DNA of 64,000 nt. Source: Tubiluchus corallicola (Eukaryota; Animalia; Priapulida). This document shows positions 12,185 through 26,128 of this stretch, piece after piece. The translations under genes and the position numbers were made by a program. The stretch spans positions 310,001 through 374,000 of the forward strand of contig JAQGDQ010000104.1 of assembly GCA_030141605.1 (NCBI GenBank), given 5' to 3'. The notes under the pieces were generated by a model. It was not told the DNA's origin. It saw nothing but the letters and a program-made list of their open reading frames with translations, and ran no database searches. How positions within the stretch are numbered: the first letter of the stretch is position 1; each line of letters starts with the position of its first letter.

Positions 12185-15100
12185 GAACAAACAAACGGTA
12201 AGAAAATGTAACCGCCCTGCCGGAGCTAATTACGGTGTATACATTTTATACGTTTACATTACATCATTGTGAAATTAAAGGCAAGTTCAAACGACGGTTG
12301 AATCAAAATTATGTAAGATTACTCTATGTTGCGTTGAATTTTTAGATTAGCAAAGTTTATGACAGTCGTTTTATTTGAAATGAAGTGACACTGAAATACC
12401 AGCTACCTAAACGTTACTGAATATCATTAAAAGGAAGTAAATGGAATTTAAAGTACATCACAAAAGACTTTTAATAAAAGGTTATATTACTTAGCATTAC
12501 GCTTACTGTTTAAAAGTCTTATGTAACTGGAAAAAGTGTTTAATAATTTAAAACGCTCGGACTATTTTTTAAACTTCACACAATGTTGCCTAGACTGGCT
12601 TCAGACGACCGTTCATTAAGATCGCTGCGCTTAACCGTCGTCGGGGAGTCTAATTCTACCAATTTTATACAGCGTTATTACTAACGCAAGCTCTCTATGC
12701 AATAAGATAGCATGTGAGTGATAAATTACAAGACGGATTTTTAAACTTTATTTATGAAGAGGTTTTTCTTGTGCTTTATGAAGGTGATATAATAAACTAA
12801 CTACTAAACTAATTTATTTAAAAAACTATTTACGGTTTCTCTGTTCGTAGAAGTTGTAAGAAAATCATATTTATAAATATGGTTACTACTCATTCAAACT
12901 TCTAAGTGGACGAGCCTCTTATTAAGCTTATAATAGCAATCTGTGTGCATCACGTGCTAAACCTAAAACAGTTTATCTTTCATGCTGATTTTGCTTAAAT
13001 TTGACCAGTTGAGTTTAAGAGACAAATTGATGAAAAATATATTTGAAGCGAATCTTGAGCAAAATTTTCTTTAATTTTAGCCAATATTAAATTAAGCTGT
13101 TTTCTATAAAAAAAAACAAGCACATTTGTCATAACTACTAATTCATTTACCAAATTACTCTTACCAATATACCAAACTAAATTACATTTACCAAAAATGA
13201 CTACTTTGTAATAGTAGTTGTAGCTAAACATGGTTACGGATGCCGCCTTGTGTGACGGTGCGGATATAGAGCCAGGTGTATAGGTTTAATCGCTTGTAAG
13301 AGCAAAATTTCTGTTCAGATCTTAAAAACCAATTAGCAAAGAATTAGATTGTTTAATCGGTAATTGTGGTTACTTCTGAGACTGTAAGTAGTTTATAATT
13401 GCATGATTAAACGTTGTTCACTGAAAATTAATTTTCCTGTGGGGGGAGATTTAAACCAGCTGCACACCTGAGAAAAGTTTTAATTGGATTATGACAATGA
13501 CAAATAAAGAATTAAGTTCAGCCAAGCTGCAGCAGCAGTAATTTTTACCTACTTATCCTTTTATTTCAGCGCTATTTATCAGCTTAAGTAATAAAATCGT
13601 TAGATCTATAGTGTAGAACTAACCTCCATTTCAATAATGATTAATAATGATCAGAAGTCATAAGTCATTCATTTCATATAACACACTTCCAATGACTTTG
13701 TGCACAGTTATTGTACAATTATTGTATGCCATCCGTTTGCACCTGAACAAGACATAGAATAGTAATATATATTCGTCAACATTAAAATCGTAAATAATTA
13801 TTTTCATTCTGTGTTGGACAGATCGGATAACCTGTACATTATCTGAAAGGTTAATTTCATTGATCTAAATAATATTTCTACAACTTTACTCTGCGTTGTA
13901 CAATTAGCTTGTACAACTGCTGAGAGGCGAGTCTCGCTTGCTTCTCACGTTACAGGATCTGCTTGAAATGTGTATACGTTGAAATAAGAGATCCTCATAC
14001 AGGTATTTCAGAGATCCGCATACAGGTATTTACCCGATTGGATTGCAGGTGATGGCTTTACCTGGCCTCATTTCTGCAAAAGTACTTATACGGTTGCAAG
14101 GGGCGGATCCATATATAAAGAAGCAAATTGCGAGGATCTCCCAATAACAGCAATGAAAAGGGGAGTTTAAATCACGCATTTTACCTCCAACCCTTTTCTG
14201 TTTTTCAAAATTATTACATAATAATAGTTTTTTATGTTCATTGAACATTAGGGTTTTCTATTTATGGGGGCAAAATGGATTTACTAAAAAGTTTGTTGTC
14301 TTTTTCCAAGTCGAATGTGTCTACATTTTACAAAATGTTCGTCTTTATTCTGTCTTAATAAATAGCGTATATACAGGGTGTCGCTAAACAAATAGTGCTC
14401 TAACAAAATAATGGTATAAATATGTCAAATTTACGCCGTATGAAGTCCAGTAAGCGTGGTCATGCCAAGTTATAGGAATTCTTTCAACAATTGTTGCGGT
14501 ATGATATTTTACTATAATGACATTGCACTCCACTGCATTTATTTGCGATTTGATCTGCATATTTCTGATACATTTGATCGTTGTAGTATATTTCTTTTGG
14601 AACACTCTGTATAAGTATGTGGTGACCCTAACGCTCTAGTTTTAAGTTTACCTATTTAAGTTCGCAATCAGGAGTAGCAAACAGCCGAATAAAAACTGAA
14701 TTCTTCATTCTTGCAAAAAAAGGCAAATAAAATTTTAGTCAAATGCAAATTGCATTTTATGATTTTCCTTATACAGTTTATTGCTTTTCAGGAAGCCTTT
14801 TTGTCCCCATTTCTTCAGGAGCACAAGCAAAATTCTAGTAGAAAAACCGTCATAAATTAATAAACCTTTTCATTGTTTCGTTGTGCGCACGCGCAGTTGC
14901 TGCAGATCAAAGGTAATGTGTACCACAGCAACGAATCTTAACTACAACCGTCAACCGTCACGTGACATGTGGGTAATGCCTTAGTTCAGTAACTTCAGTT
15001 GTTTCACATGGACCTTACTTAATTATGAATTAGTCTGTGCGTAGAGTGATTTACTAGCAGGATCTTGCTTTGGAACAAAAAAACGAAGTAGATAAGGTTC

Positions 15101-15859
15101 TGGTTGATTGTTAAAACTTTTACTGTTACAACAGCATGGACTGCGAGGCATTGTCAAGTGTACACAAATGTGCTGTCTCGTACACTAAACCTTTGACTTT
15201 TAACGATCATCATCAATCGCAGGAACTGTGAAAAAGCTTATCAATTACTATAATATAAAAATGCATTTGTGCTACCCGTTATTTCTACTTATTAATTTAC
15301 TTTAGTTTTTATCCTAGAAATTTTCTCGGATTCGTTGAAGAGACGGAAACGATGAAGCCTTTTGAAATGCAAGAAACCGTATAAAGAACACCGTAATGTG
15401 CAGTTTGTAGGGTTTATTTGATCAAAATTTTGTACGAGTAAAGCACAACAAAGACGTTCTTCTAAAAGCAAATAACTATTCCACAGCAGACCGGGTTTTG
15501 AACCAAAACCCTTAGATATCCACTGTTCCACACAACTTTTAAAAACCCCTAGAGCCTAGTCTAGATGGCGTGTTGTTTGCACTCTTAACTGTAACGATTA
15601 AGTAATTAAATGAAGACACACACGCTTATTAAACATTATTGATTCAGCTGTCATAGCCACCTGATCCAACTATAAATTATGTTTTTAATAAGTGGAAGGT
15701 GAAAAAATTGAAAATTGAATGACAACAGTGGATGATATTCACATAAACCAAGATGTGACCACTGATCACTCTGACTTCCGTCTGATTCGATAGGAATCGA
15801 CTCTACACTAGAACATACAATATTACAGTACTCAGCATTTTGATGTATCTGTTATGCAC

Positions 15860-16385
15860 AGGAGAGAAAGAAGGAAAGAGATGTAAAAAGGAGGAGAGAA
15901 AGAGTGAGGAGAGGAGAGCGACGCAGAGAGACACGGAGAGACCAAAAGAGAGAAAAAGAGAAAGAAATGTAGCAAAAGAAATACTAAGAGGCAGAAATAG
16001 AGCGAGAAAGCGAGTGAGAGAAGAAATAGAGAGAGAGAAGCGGAGCGAGAGAGAGAGCGAGAAAGAGAAGGCGAGGCAGACAGAGATTTGACTTGATTTT
16101 TTATTGCATTTTACGAAATACAACATCACACATTTACAATCAAATTACAAAATATAAAATAAAGAAAATTACAAAAAATTATTAACGATAAATAAATGAG
16201 ATAATCACAGTGAAAGAAAAATTACGCAATCATAATAATTTAATGGAACAATACTACATACAACAAAAATCGAGTTAATTACAGTATAAAATTGCACGCC
16301 AATTTCTTTTAATAGGAGATGTAAACACTATATCACAGTTTAGTGTGCACTTACAGAGAGAAAGAGTGAGAGATATAGAGTGTGT

Positions 16386-16473
<88 letters not shown>

Positions 16474-16710
16474 TGAGTGAGTGAGTGAGTGAGTGAGTGA
16501 GTGAGAGAGGGAGAGAAGGAAAGAAAGAGAGAGAGAGAGAGATTATATTCTTATAATTCTTTGCTTTTAAAAACTATGTACAAAATACATTTCCTCTATT
16601 TGTAGGGATGAGAGAGAGAAAGAGAGAGGGGAGAGAGGGGAGAGAGAGAAAGTGAGGGAGAGAGAAAGAGAGGGATAGAGAGATGGAGGGAGATATATAG
16701 AGAGAAAGAA
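15860..16710. repeat. AG-rich low-complexity tracts with (TG)n and (TGAG)n microsatellites
   Basis: Directly visible; explains the low-complexity ORFs 15803..16129, 15840..16091 and 16574..16844. Confidence 0.9.
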
Positions 16711-17408
16711 GAACTCGTGTGGTTCCCATCAGAATTCGGATTTGAGAACGTACGAAGTTTACAATGCACTGCCTGTAACACAACTGGACGAAAAATGACC
16801 AAGCAGCGCCAAGTATCTCGGCCAAGTCGATTTTCCCCAATCAACTGTCACCAAACAATGAACATCCAACGCCTGACTTGTCACTTAAGGAGTGATATAT
16901 CACGACATAACCAATCGATAATTTGCTTCTCAATGGCTTAATGATACGCTGAGAATCTTGACACAGATCCAGAGTTGACACAGCTCAGTTTTCATCACAC
17001 CGCGCCTAGCTAATTTATATTCCCTAGGAGAAGTAACTGTCTTTACAGTGTTCAAAGGTAACAAGATCTGTCCAGCACCTCTTACTCGCAACCGTAATAG
17101 TAACATGTATGAACATAGAGGAGGTCAGCTGAAGGAAAGTCCACCCTTCAGTCATTTTAGGCATTAAATCAATAGCGTCAATCAGCCATGCGAGCGGCTA
17201 CTGATTCACTTTGTTCGAATTGATCTTCAATCATTATAATAAAGCTACGTCATTCTCATTTAATCTAATTACACGTGTAATACCTCCTGCAGTGATTGGT
17301 TCAAACATTACCTAGTCATGTTTTTCTCTTTGTCTTTTTGCATCTCTCTCTCTCTCTCTCTCTTTCTTTCTCTGTCTCACTCACTCCTCTATGTTTCTCT
17401 CTCTCTCT

Positions 17409-17448
<40 letters not shown>

Positions 17449-19124
17449 CTCAGTTTCAGGAATAAAAAAGTATTCCTTTAGTGGGCGTAGCATCAATTTT
17501 ATCAACAACGCAACATCAATATTAACATGGCAAATAAATCACTAACACATAACGTTATGCCATGGAAACATTACGAACTGCTGATTTTTATTTTTTAACA
17601 CACTTAAGTCAAGAGCTTAGACCTACTTGTCCTTAAAGTTTTGCATAATTCTTATGAAACATTTTAAATTGTAATGTTACTTCGGCTGTTTTAATATAAA
17701 GCGTTCTAGACATGTTAATTAACAAATTAAGTTAATTTTAAACTCAAACTTATGCGTGCTGCATGTCATGAATGCATCTTTCTCGCATGACAACGTTGAA
17801 TGCTGACGAGAAAAGAACACCATTCATTAACCATCTTGTGCTCAGTTCTACAAGCTCTTGAGAAATCTCTATAGTACATGCATGACATTTAGCAGCGACT
17901 GCGAGTAATTATAATAACATATTTCTCACTACCAGCAGTAAAATCGCAAAGAACCTGCAAATGTTAGTCCTAATGTTAGACCTACAAGGCCTCGTGTAAG
18001 GAATGTAATATCTGTACATTATTAGGAGAGATCGAGCTCACTCTGGTGGCAAATATCAAAACTGTTGTTGCAGTAAGAAGCCACATTGTTTTTTACAGCA
18101 GAACAACATAACTTAGCGATCACGCAAAGCTGCGTTTTGGTTAATTCCCAACCACCATTAAGCTCAAAATTCAGAAAATATGTTTCATTCGTTTGGGTAA
18201 AACGTTCGGTTTGAGCAACAACGTGACTAATAATTATTGTTTTCGTGAAGTTTATTTATATAATGAAATTCGTATGAGGTATAAATAATCCGAGGTTGGA
18301 ATAATACCTATTGCTTTTTTGCATTGCTGAATTATGTAACATTATGATTTTACTATGGTGGTTAAGAAATTTTTGTAGCGAAGTTTGTGTTTTATTACTT
18401 CACAGTAATAGGCTTTAAAATAAATTCAAAGAATTACACCTTTTACTCATTTTTTGTTCGTGTTTTTCCAAACGCGCATGTTACAACTAGCAACTTTTTA
18501 CTAGTTGCGCATCCTGACAATATGCGCAGAATTTTAAGTAAACGCCCAAATTTCCTCGCATTTCCGCGACAATTGCTGCCACTACAGTGGCTAAGTGCTA
18601 ACAAACTGAAAATTATTTTCAAAAATTTGTGCTTGACGGTGGCTTGGATCAAACCAAAACGTAACTTTGAGAGTGAGCTAGGTCATGACGTTCTGCAAAA
18701 ATGAAGTAACATTACTTTTGACTGTAAAACTAGCTTTGATTTTTTGTCATCATTCCATTTGTGAAGTGACCATTCCATTTATTGTTCTTTTTCTTCTAAA
18801 ACCATTACATTTCTTATGCACATGCGCACCAGGAAATCTTCATTCGCCGGACATTACGGTATAGAAAATATAATCCAGTTACCGGCTGTTGCTGCATCAT
18901 TAGGTAAATTCGAGTTCTGTGTAAGGCATTGTCGAGTTTAATTATGTTTAATGGAGCAGGGTAAGAATGATAATACTGGACATAGGGGCGATTTATCCAG
19001 AGCTTAATGGTCTCCACGCTATTTAGTAATTAGATGGCATGTGAAAGAATTTTGCTCGCTGGTTAGTAGTTCCGTCATCCCGTGCACCACTGTGCGTAGC
19101 AATGGCTTACTGTTTGCTTTATAA

Positions 19125-19505
19125 AATTTTCGCTTTGAGTTTGATTTTGTTGCCTTTGTGTGACATAATTTTTGCTCTAAGCTGAATTCTGTTTTGCTTT
19201 GATTTTGACAAATTCTTTTACATTCAGTTGAATTGCTTTTGCTTTATAAAATTTTCGCTTTGAGTTTCATTTGTTTTATATAATTTTTTGCAATAAGTTA
19301 AATTCCGTTTTGTATTGCTTGTGATAACTTCCTTTTATTCTGAGTGTAATTGCATTTTTGTTTTGAGTAGATTTTTGTTGCTTTTTTGTTTGATATTATT
19401 TTTTGCTCTCCATTGAATTTCATTAATTTTTTGCTTGATGTTATGCCTTGTTATGCTTTGAATTGCATTTCTGCTTTTGAGTTGATTTTTGTTGCTTTTG
19501 CCTTC
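19125..19505. repeat. Degenerate short-period tandem repeat (tttgcttt core)
   Basis: tttgcttt(ga) recurs roughly every 20-22 nt. Confidence 0.6.
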
Positions 19506-22500
19506 TATATATATATATATATATACACACACAAATACCTAAAAAATGTCATGAGCCTGTGGGTAAACTTGTATTTTTAATAAGGGGCAGCTTACCAAGT
19601 GACCAATAGGTCTTTCGCTTCTCTTTCTCAGCTGCAATGAAATGTAAAAATAATTATGAGGAATTTTAACTGCTATTGAGAAAATAAAATAAAATTGAAT
19701 TGAAATGAATTGACACTTGGTTGATTTGTATTGTCAACACGGAAACTAGGTGGCTCGTCGTTCGCGCAGCGATGCGCTAGTGAGTATTGCACCTCACCAT
19801 TAGGGTGCATGCTTTGTTGATGCGCCACAGAGTCAATTTTAGTACAACATTTTTTGACATTTTAATACGGCAATATGTGCAGCAAGTGTACACATGGCTT
19901 AATATTACTCTTTAAATTACTGTTATTTTATTGTTTGTAGTGCAAAGGTGAAAGCAATGTCCAAAAAGCGGGGGAGGGGGGTGCTTGGGTGTAACTCTAT
20001 ACATTAGTGTGTTTTACTAATTTTGTGAAGTGTTATATATTTCGTATATGTTTTGTATGTTTTTACGTATTGTGGGGAAGAAAATCTGAAATGAAAGTTA
20101 AATTCACATCTCAATCATTCAACTGAATTTCTCAAAGGAAAACCGGGTGGTTGTGTAAACATTAGTTCAGAATAAATAATGCTCTAAAATATTGAAAACT
20201 ACAAAAGCTTTTTTAAAATCAAAGCTTAGATTAAATAATGATTACCTCGGAGACTCAAATTTTGTTAAACTTTCAAAGCTACGCGCTGCTCAGTGAATGT
20301 ACTAAGATTGGCAGCGGCGTCTTTTTGTCACATTCGCGTGGCCGACAAATAGAAGACGGTACCGTGATAACCAAGATCACGGACTCCAGTGTTAGTTTCT
20401 GACGTCATAAGATGTAAAGCCCATTTTTCGTAACATCACGCGTTTAAACAGTACTGTAACACTTATGCAAATGTGCTTGATGCGCAATGGAAGACGTCTG
20501 CCATTTCATAAACTGTGGTTAGTTTCTGACGTAAGCAATAGCTGTGTTCGGTTGCCGTTAATTAACTTTCTAAGCTAATTATTCATATATAAGGAACAAT
20601 TGTTAACTTTTATAGGCAAGTAAATGTAAAAAATGAGATTGAGTCTAAACAATCGCTCGGTCTTCTTTAATCAGTCTTAAACTTTGAAGAAATGCGCGTG
20701 TTGTTCAGAAAAGTGGCTAGAGACATCGCAGATAGCAAGCACATTTTTTCAGACGATTTACCAAAAACGTTACCTAAAAGGTTAGGCACCTAACAAAAAC
20801 CCCTTGCTTCAACAACATGAGCGACCAAATAATGGTTTCCATAGCAACATAATTGTACAGCACTTCAAGTTAAATGCCAATTGGTCATATTTAAAGGGGA
20901 AAAGAGAATTTTTCCAAAGAAGTTACTATACATTGTTATATTAGTTAGTATTACGCTTATCTATTTGAAAGATTTATTTGATTGGGAAGGAAAATTCTCA
21001 ATTATGTATATGTCACTGCAAAATGTCACTGCATCCCAGTTTGCGCTACTGGCTCACCAATAAAACACAATTACGTGTAGTAATCTGGTTAGTAATATAA
21101 AGAAATTTAAATTTTTGCTTAGTCAGCGAAGAGTGAGCTACGAAAGCTCTCATTATTTTTTCAATCTAATTTGGTTTCGAACGACCTACCGTCAAAATAG
21201 CTGCGCCTACCGGCCATTGTGGGAGTCTAAATTAGAAAGTTTCATGCAGTGTTACTGCAAATGTAAGCCACGCATGCAACAAGACAGCATGTAAGTAATA
21301 CAAAATTTCAAAAAGAAAACTTTATGAAGAGTGTTTTCTTGTGTTTTAAGAAAATGTGTAAACTTTAACGTGTTTAATATTGTTGTTGATGTGTTAAAGT
21401 TTAATAAACTGTAGTTCAGCAAATGCAGGATACGATTTAAGCAATTTTCGAGAAAGAAAAATGCCTTTAGCTGCTAAACTTACTGTTTCTTCGTTGAATT
21501 TACAAACGTAAAGTAAAGCACTCGATTCATTTAAGAAAACAAAGAACTATTTTTTTCACAAAACAGCAACAACATTTCTTCCAATTTTACTGTGCGGCGC
21601 ACTATTTCAACGTTTTGCAAAATATTACTCCGCGCTATTAGATTAGGGCGAATATATTGGGTGATTAGGCGCAAGTTTTTGACAAATATTCTCATAAATT
21701 TGTCAAGGAATCTAATTTCGTCATTTGCCTTAAAGGACATTTACTTTTCTGCATAATAAAACGTATGAAATTAGAAAAACTGAACGAACAAAGGATTCAG
21801 TCGTCCGCCCGCCATTCAGACAAAAAGTAGGAAAGTCACGACGACTCAGCCAAATGCAAACCACGCAGGCCGCTTTGCAGGCTGCTTGCTTTGTTTCTAA
21901 TTCACAATTTCGCCTTCTTTGAGAGGAAATAAACATCCGCTCTTAGCCGGCGGAAAAATCCGAATGTTGCGCTTCATTCAGCTACATTTAGAAGGCCAGA
22001 ATTAACACTCCCCCGCGGGAGAAGTTTGCCGTAAATCATGAACCAGCCGTGAAAATAACTGAACGCGCCCGAGAGAAATTACATCATCCTCTCACAACTT
22101 AATCATGGTACGCAACGTCTGTGGATGCGCTGGGCTATTAACTTTTAGAATCACTTTAACGGACTAACAACATGAGCGCCGCCAAACGGCAATGTTATTA
22201 AATTCGTCTGGCTTAATAAAACTTTTACGACGAACATTAACTGAACTTAAAACGAGCATTGCGAGACACCTAAGCGGTTTTCTGGCAAAATAAACGTTTT
22301 AGAGAGCAAAAACAAGTGAAGGTTCCTTTTGCCGAAAGTCGAGATGGCAGACTTGATTGGTGCGCATAGTTCTTCTTGCAAGCTGTCAATCTCTGACTTT
22401 TTGTGTGTCTTACTCTTTTTCGGCTAATATTTGTAAAATATTATTTTCCAAGGTGTACTGCATGATCGATTTCTCGAGAAGGTTTACGAGCAGTGAGCCA

Positions 22501-24179
22501 ATCGATGAGGTAGTGTAATACCAAGAGCACATTGACGCGCCCATATATGGAATTTTAGTTTGAATGCCAACGTGAAGTAAACATGATTTACAAGTAAGAT
22601 TAACTTCGTGTTACAGTGTTATAAAAGAAATCTTGTTGGCAGAGCCTTAGACCTATAACAAAATTTAAAGGAATACCGGACTAAAACAATCTACTCTATA
22701 AAATATTGAAAGGGAACGCACTATTTTTTTCAAGAATGACTCACGTGAAAGAATTATTACCACTGAACGTTCACTAATGCGCGAACATAATGGTAAACTT
22801 GAAATTCGAATTTTTAACTTAAAATTTGCCGAGTTTTTGTATCACATTGAACAGTAGCAGCATTGTTCTTCAAATTTCGCTTTTGCTCACACTCATGGAA
22901 TCTTTGTGCTGTTTGTTAAAATTCGTGTGAAAAGATATGTATATATATACTGTTAGTTCTCTCACTGACTTAGTAGTAAAATCTCATTATCAGACAATGA
23001 TTAAATATCTGTTATTTATACGTTTTATCGAGTAATTATGTCACCATCGTCAGTCGGGAAAGTTGAGAGATTAATTTAGCGGTCATGGTAAGTGCTTAGT
23101 TACGAAATATACATATATATATATTTATTTATTTATTTTATTTATTTATTTATTTATTTATAAATATGTGAAAATTGTATTCGTTTGTGATGCTTTCAAT
23201 AGTTGTGCTCGCTCACCCTTAATTACGGTTTCAACAATTATTTAATTAGTTAGACATTATACATTAAATAGCATTAACATCTATACTTTTTACCATACTT
23301 CAAACAGGTAGGATATGAGAAATCATGCTATTTTCCTTTAATAACCAAATTTAGTGTTACGCGGAAGTTCCGCCAGTGTGCCTCAAGAGTTAAATGCGTA
23401 ATGCGTTTCAGAACGTGCCCGTGTGAGTTCCAGACATTAAAAATTAACCATAATCATTGGAATACGTTCGGCATGATAAAAGGCGGCAAATGATTGTGGA
23501 ACATAAATTACGCGGTTCACCTTCCAACTCGTTAATTTCACTTAAAAATTGTTTTCGAGTATTTCACCCTTAATCCCTGATCATATATGCAGGCAGCACA
23601 CGGCTTAAAGCAAGTTTGTTCCCAAATGTTTTGGTTTGTACGGAGGGATGGTGTTATAATCGTAAACAGACATTATAATTTATTACTATTCGCGCCACTA
23701 GTTCTTCGCTGCTACATGCATTTCGCCATTTACTAATTAGCCACAAGCGTCTGTATTTCGGAAGCGCATTGCACAAATAACGGTGCTGTACCACCCAGAT
23801 CAGACGTGCTAGTTTGCGACGAACTACACACGTTCGACAGCCCATCCGTGAGCACAGCGGTAAATTTGAAATTTGAATTTTTAAAACTTGCCTAATTTTA
23901 ATACAACACACTGAATAGTTTACAGTAGCACAGTACTTCAATTTTGCAACGCGGTCGAGGAGTACTTTTGCTGTTGAAAATTATGTTCGTTTGCGATGTC
24001 ATCAAGAGTTGGGCTCACCCGCCATTGATTAAGATTTTAATCTATTATTTAATTATCGGAAACGCTTTTGTAGTATTAATTTTGGTAAAATGTATACGTT
24101 TTATCGGACTAGAAAATGGGGTAGGATATGAAAAATCATCCTGCCTTTCTTTAATTATAGCTTTGAACTTAATAACAAT

Positions 24180-24930
24180 GTTTTGAACTTCCATGCTCCT
24201 AATGAACCGTATTTTGCGGAGAGATTTTTTACCCGATATGGTTTTAACAGCTTAAAATCACGAGAAGTTAAATTATGGAATTCGTTGCCAAAAGATACCT
24301 TTGAAGGTAGATTATTTTCTGCTTCCAAAAAATACACAAAAATCTTACTAAATGGATATACCTGTAGTACATAACTTGTAAGACTAATAAGCAAGCTAGC
24401 AAGTTTTTTCTTTTCTTTTTTCTCCTCATCTCCTAAGTAATTGTTGCTCTTTCTCATACTTACTTTTTCTCATAAATTTTTCTATACTACACTTTTTCGA
24501 TGCTTATTTTTTCTTTCCATACTTTCAGTTTTTAACTTTACTCACTAACCTTGGTCAAATTCCCCTGTTAATAAGACCCCATTTGAAACTACTACATATA
24601 ATAATCCTAATTACTGAATAATTGTATTGTTTTGTTTAGATTTTGGTATCTAACTTTATTATTTTTTTGTTTTCAGTATTTGTGAATAATTTGTATCATT
24701 TATACTGTTTTATTATTATTTTTTCTTATTTGTTTTTGTTTTTGTTATCTGCAGCATCACTGTTAATTTTTAATGTACTAATCTATTTATAAGAAAGGGC
24801 AGGAGACTAGATGACCCTATGGTCCTTTCCTGCCCTGCTCCATGATTATAATTACTTAATATTTAAAAAATTTTGCTGTTAAACTAATTGAAGAAAATAA
24901 ATGTTCTATGTTTATGTCTATGTCCATGTA
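24180..24930 (+). mobile_element. CR1/L2-group LINE 3' fragment with 3' UTR and repeat tail
   Basis: ORF 24183..24374 TRYGFNSLKSREVKLWNSLP; downstream stem-loop-like gggcagga...tcctgccc, then aataaa and short ctatgt-type repeats. Confidence 0.6.
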
Positions 24931-25189
24931 GCTGATTTGTTTAAAGGCAAAAGTATTGGAAATTGGAGTTGTTTAATGATCGCGAAAAGACAAAGACATA
25001 ATCAAATAATATATTAAAACATTCTATAGTTGAAGTTTGTTGTCTTACTGAATTAGTAGAAAAAAGTTCAATGTAAAACGACGATTAAATATCTGTTATT
25101 TATTCCTTAACTAGTGGAAAACTTATTAAAAAAGTCAGTAATTCAGTTGGATCTTTAGTAATGGAGCCGTTAATTGAAAACTCATTAGG

Positions 25190-25600
25190 AAATAATATTT
25201 TAGTTTTGTTGCTGTTTATAATATTGTGTTAGAACAGGGCTCTTTGATATTCTTAGAACAAGATTGAAAACAGTATTGTAATACAGACGCCTAGAAATAG
25301 CAATTTCTTATAATTGCGCAACTGAGAATTTCTAATATGATAAAGATTTGAATTGCTATAAAGCCGATCTTTCGTTTATATTAAGCGAAGAATAGCAAAG
25401 GTAATCCATGGTTTAATGTTGTGTTTATAACGGATGAAATTTACTCTAAGATTCGGCATGTATTTATCGCGAGATTCGGTTAAAACAGAACCAAAAATTC
25501 CATAATCATGATAATTATAATTATAGTTTACATCGCCATTATTAAAATAAATACCCAAAAATTCGAATCAAGTAGACCCTGTTTTAGCTTATCAATTTCA
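25190..25600 (-). mobile_element. LINE ORF2 internal remnant (endonuclease-RT linker)
   Basis: ORF 25376..25558 ...DKYMPNLR...KPWITFAILRLI contains the PWIT motif of CR1/L2-type ORF2. Confidence 0.5.
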
Positions 25601-26128
25601 GTACGTGACGGGTTGCGAAACTCGATAAACTTCTCGTGTTGTTGTCTGATATACACGCAGTGAATGATACGAAATAGCATTTTTATGATTTGAAATATGA
25701 TTGGCAAGAATCCCAGTCAAAATAGTACAAAATTTTTCGTCAAATGGAACAAAAAATTAACAATTAAGGTGCTGCTAGTGACAGTGACACGAATGGGAGG
25801 GGATAATTTTCGGAATCTTCGGTAAGAAAAACGGAATTTAAAAAAACCTGCATTCAAATTTTTCAGAAAATTTTAGAAGTTGATATTTATTTTGCCTCAA
25901 ATAAAAACAGATGACTGTACATTTTCAAAAAGAATGAGAACATCAAATTTATCACTAAAATCAATGCATGTTTGAAAAAGTATGACAAAAAAGATTGAAT
26001 TGTATCATTAATAGTTTAGTACAATAAAAAATTGTGTATAATAAATATTACAGTATTCTTTTGGCAAAATTAACAAATGGAAAATGTACAATAAAATTTG
26101 TTCATTAAACAGCAAACAATACACGTAG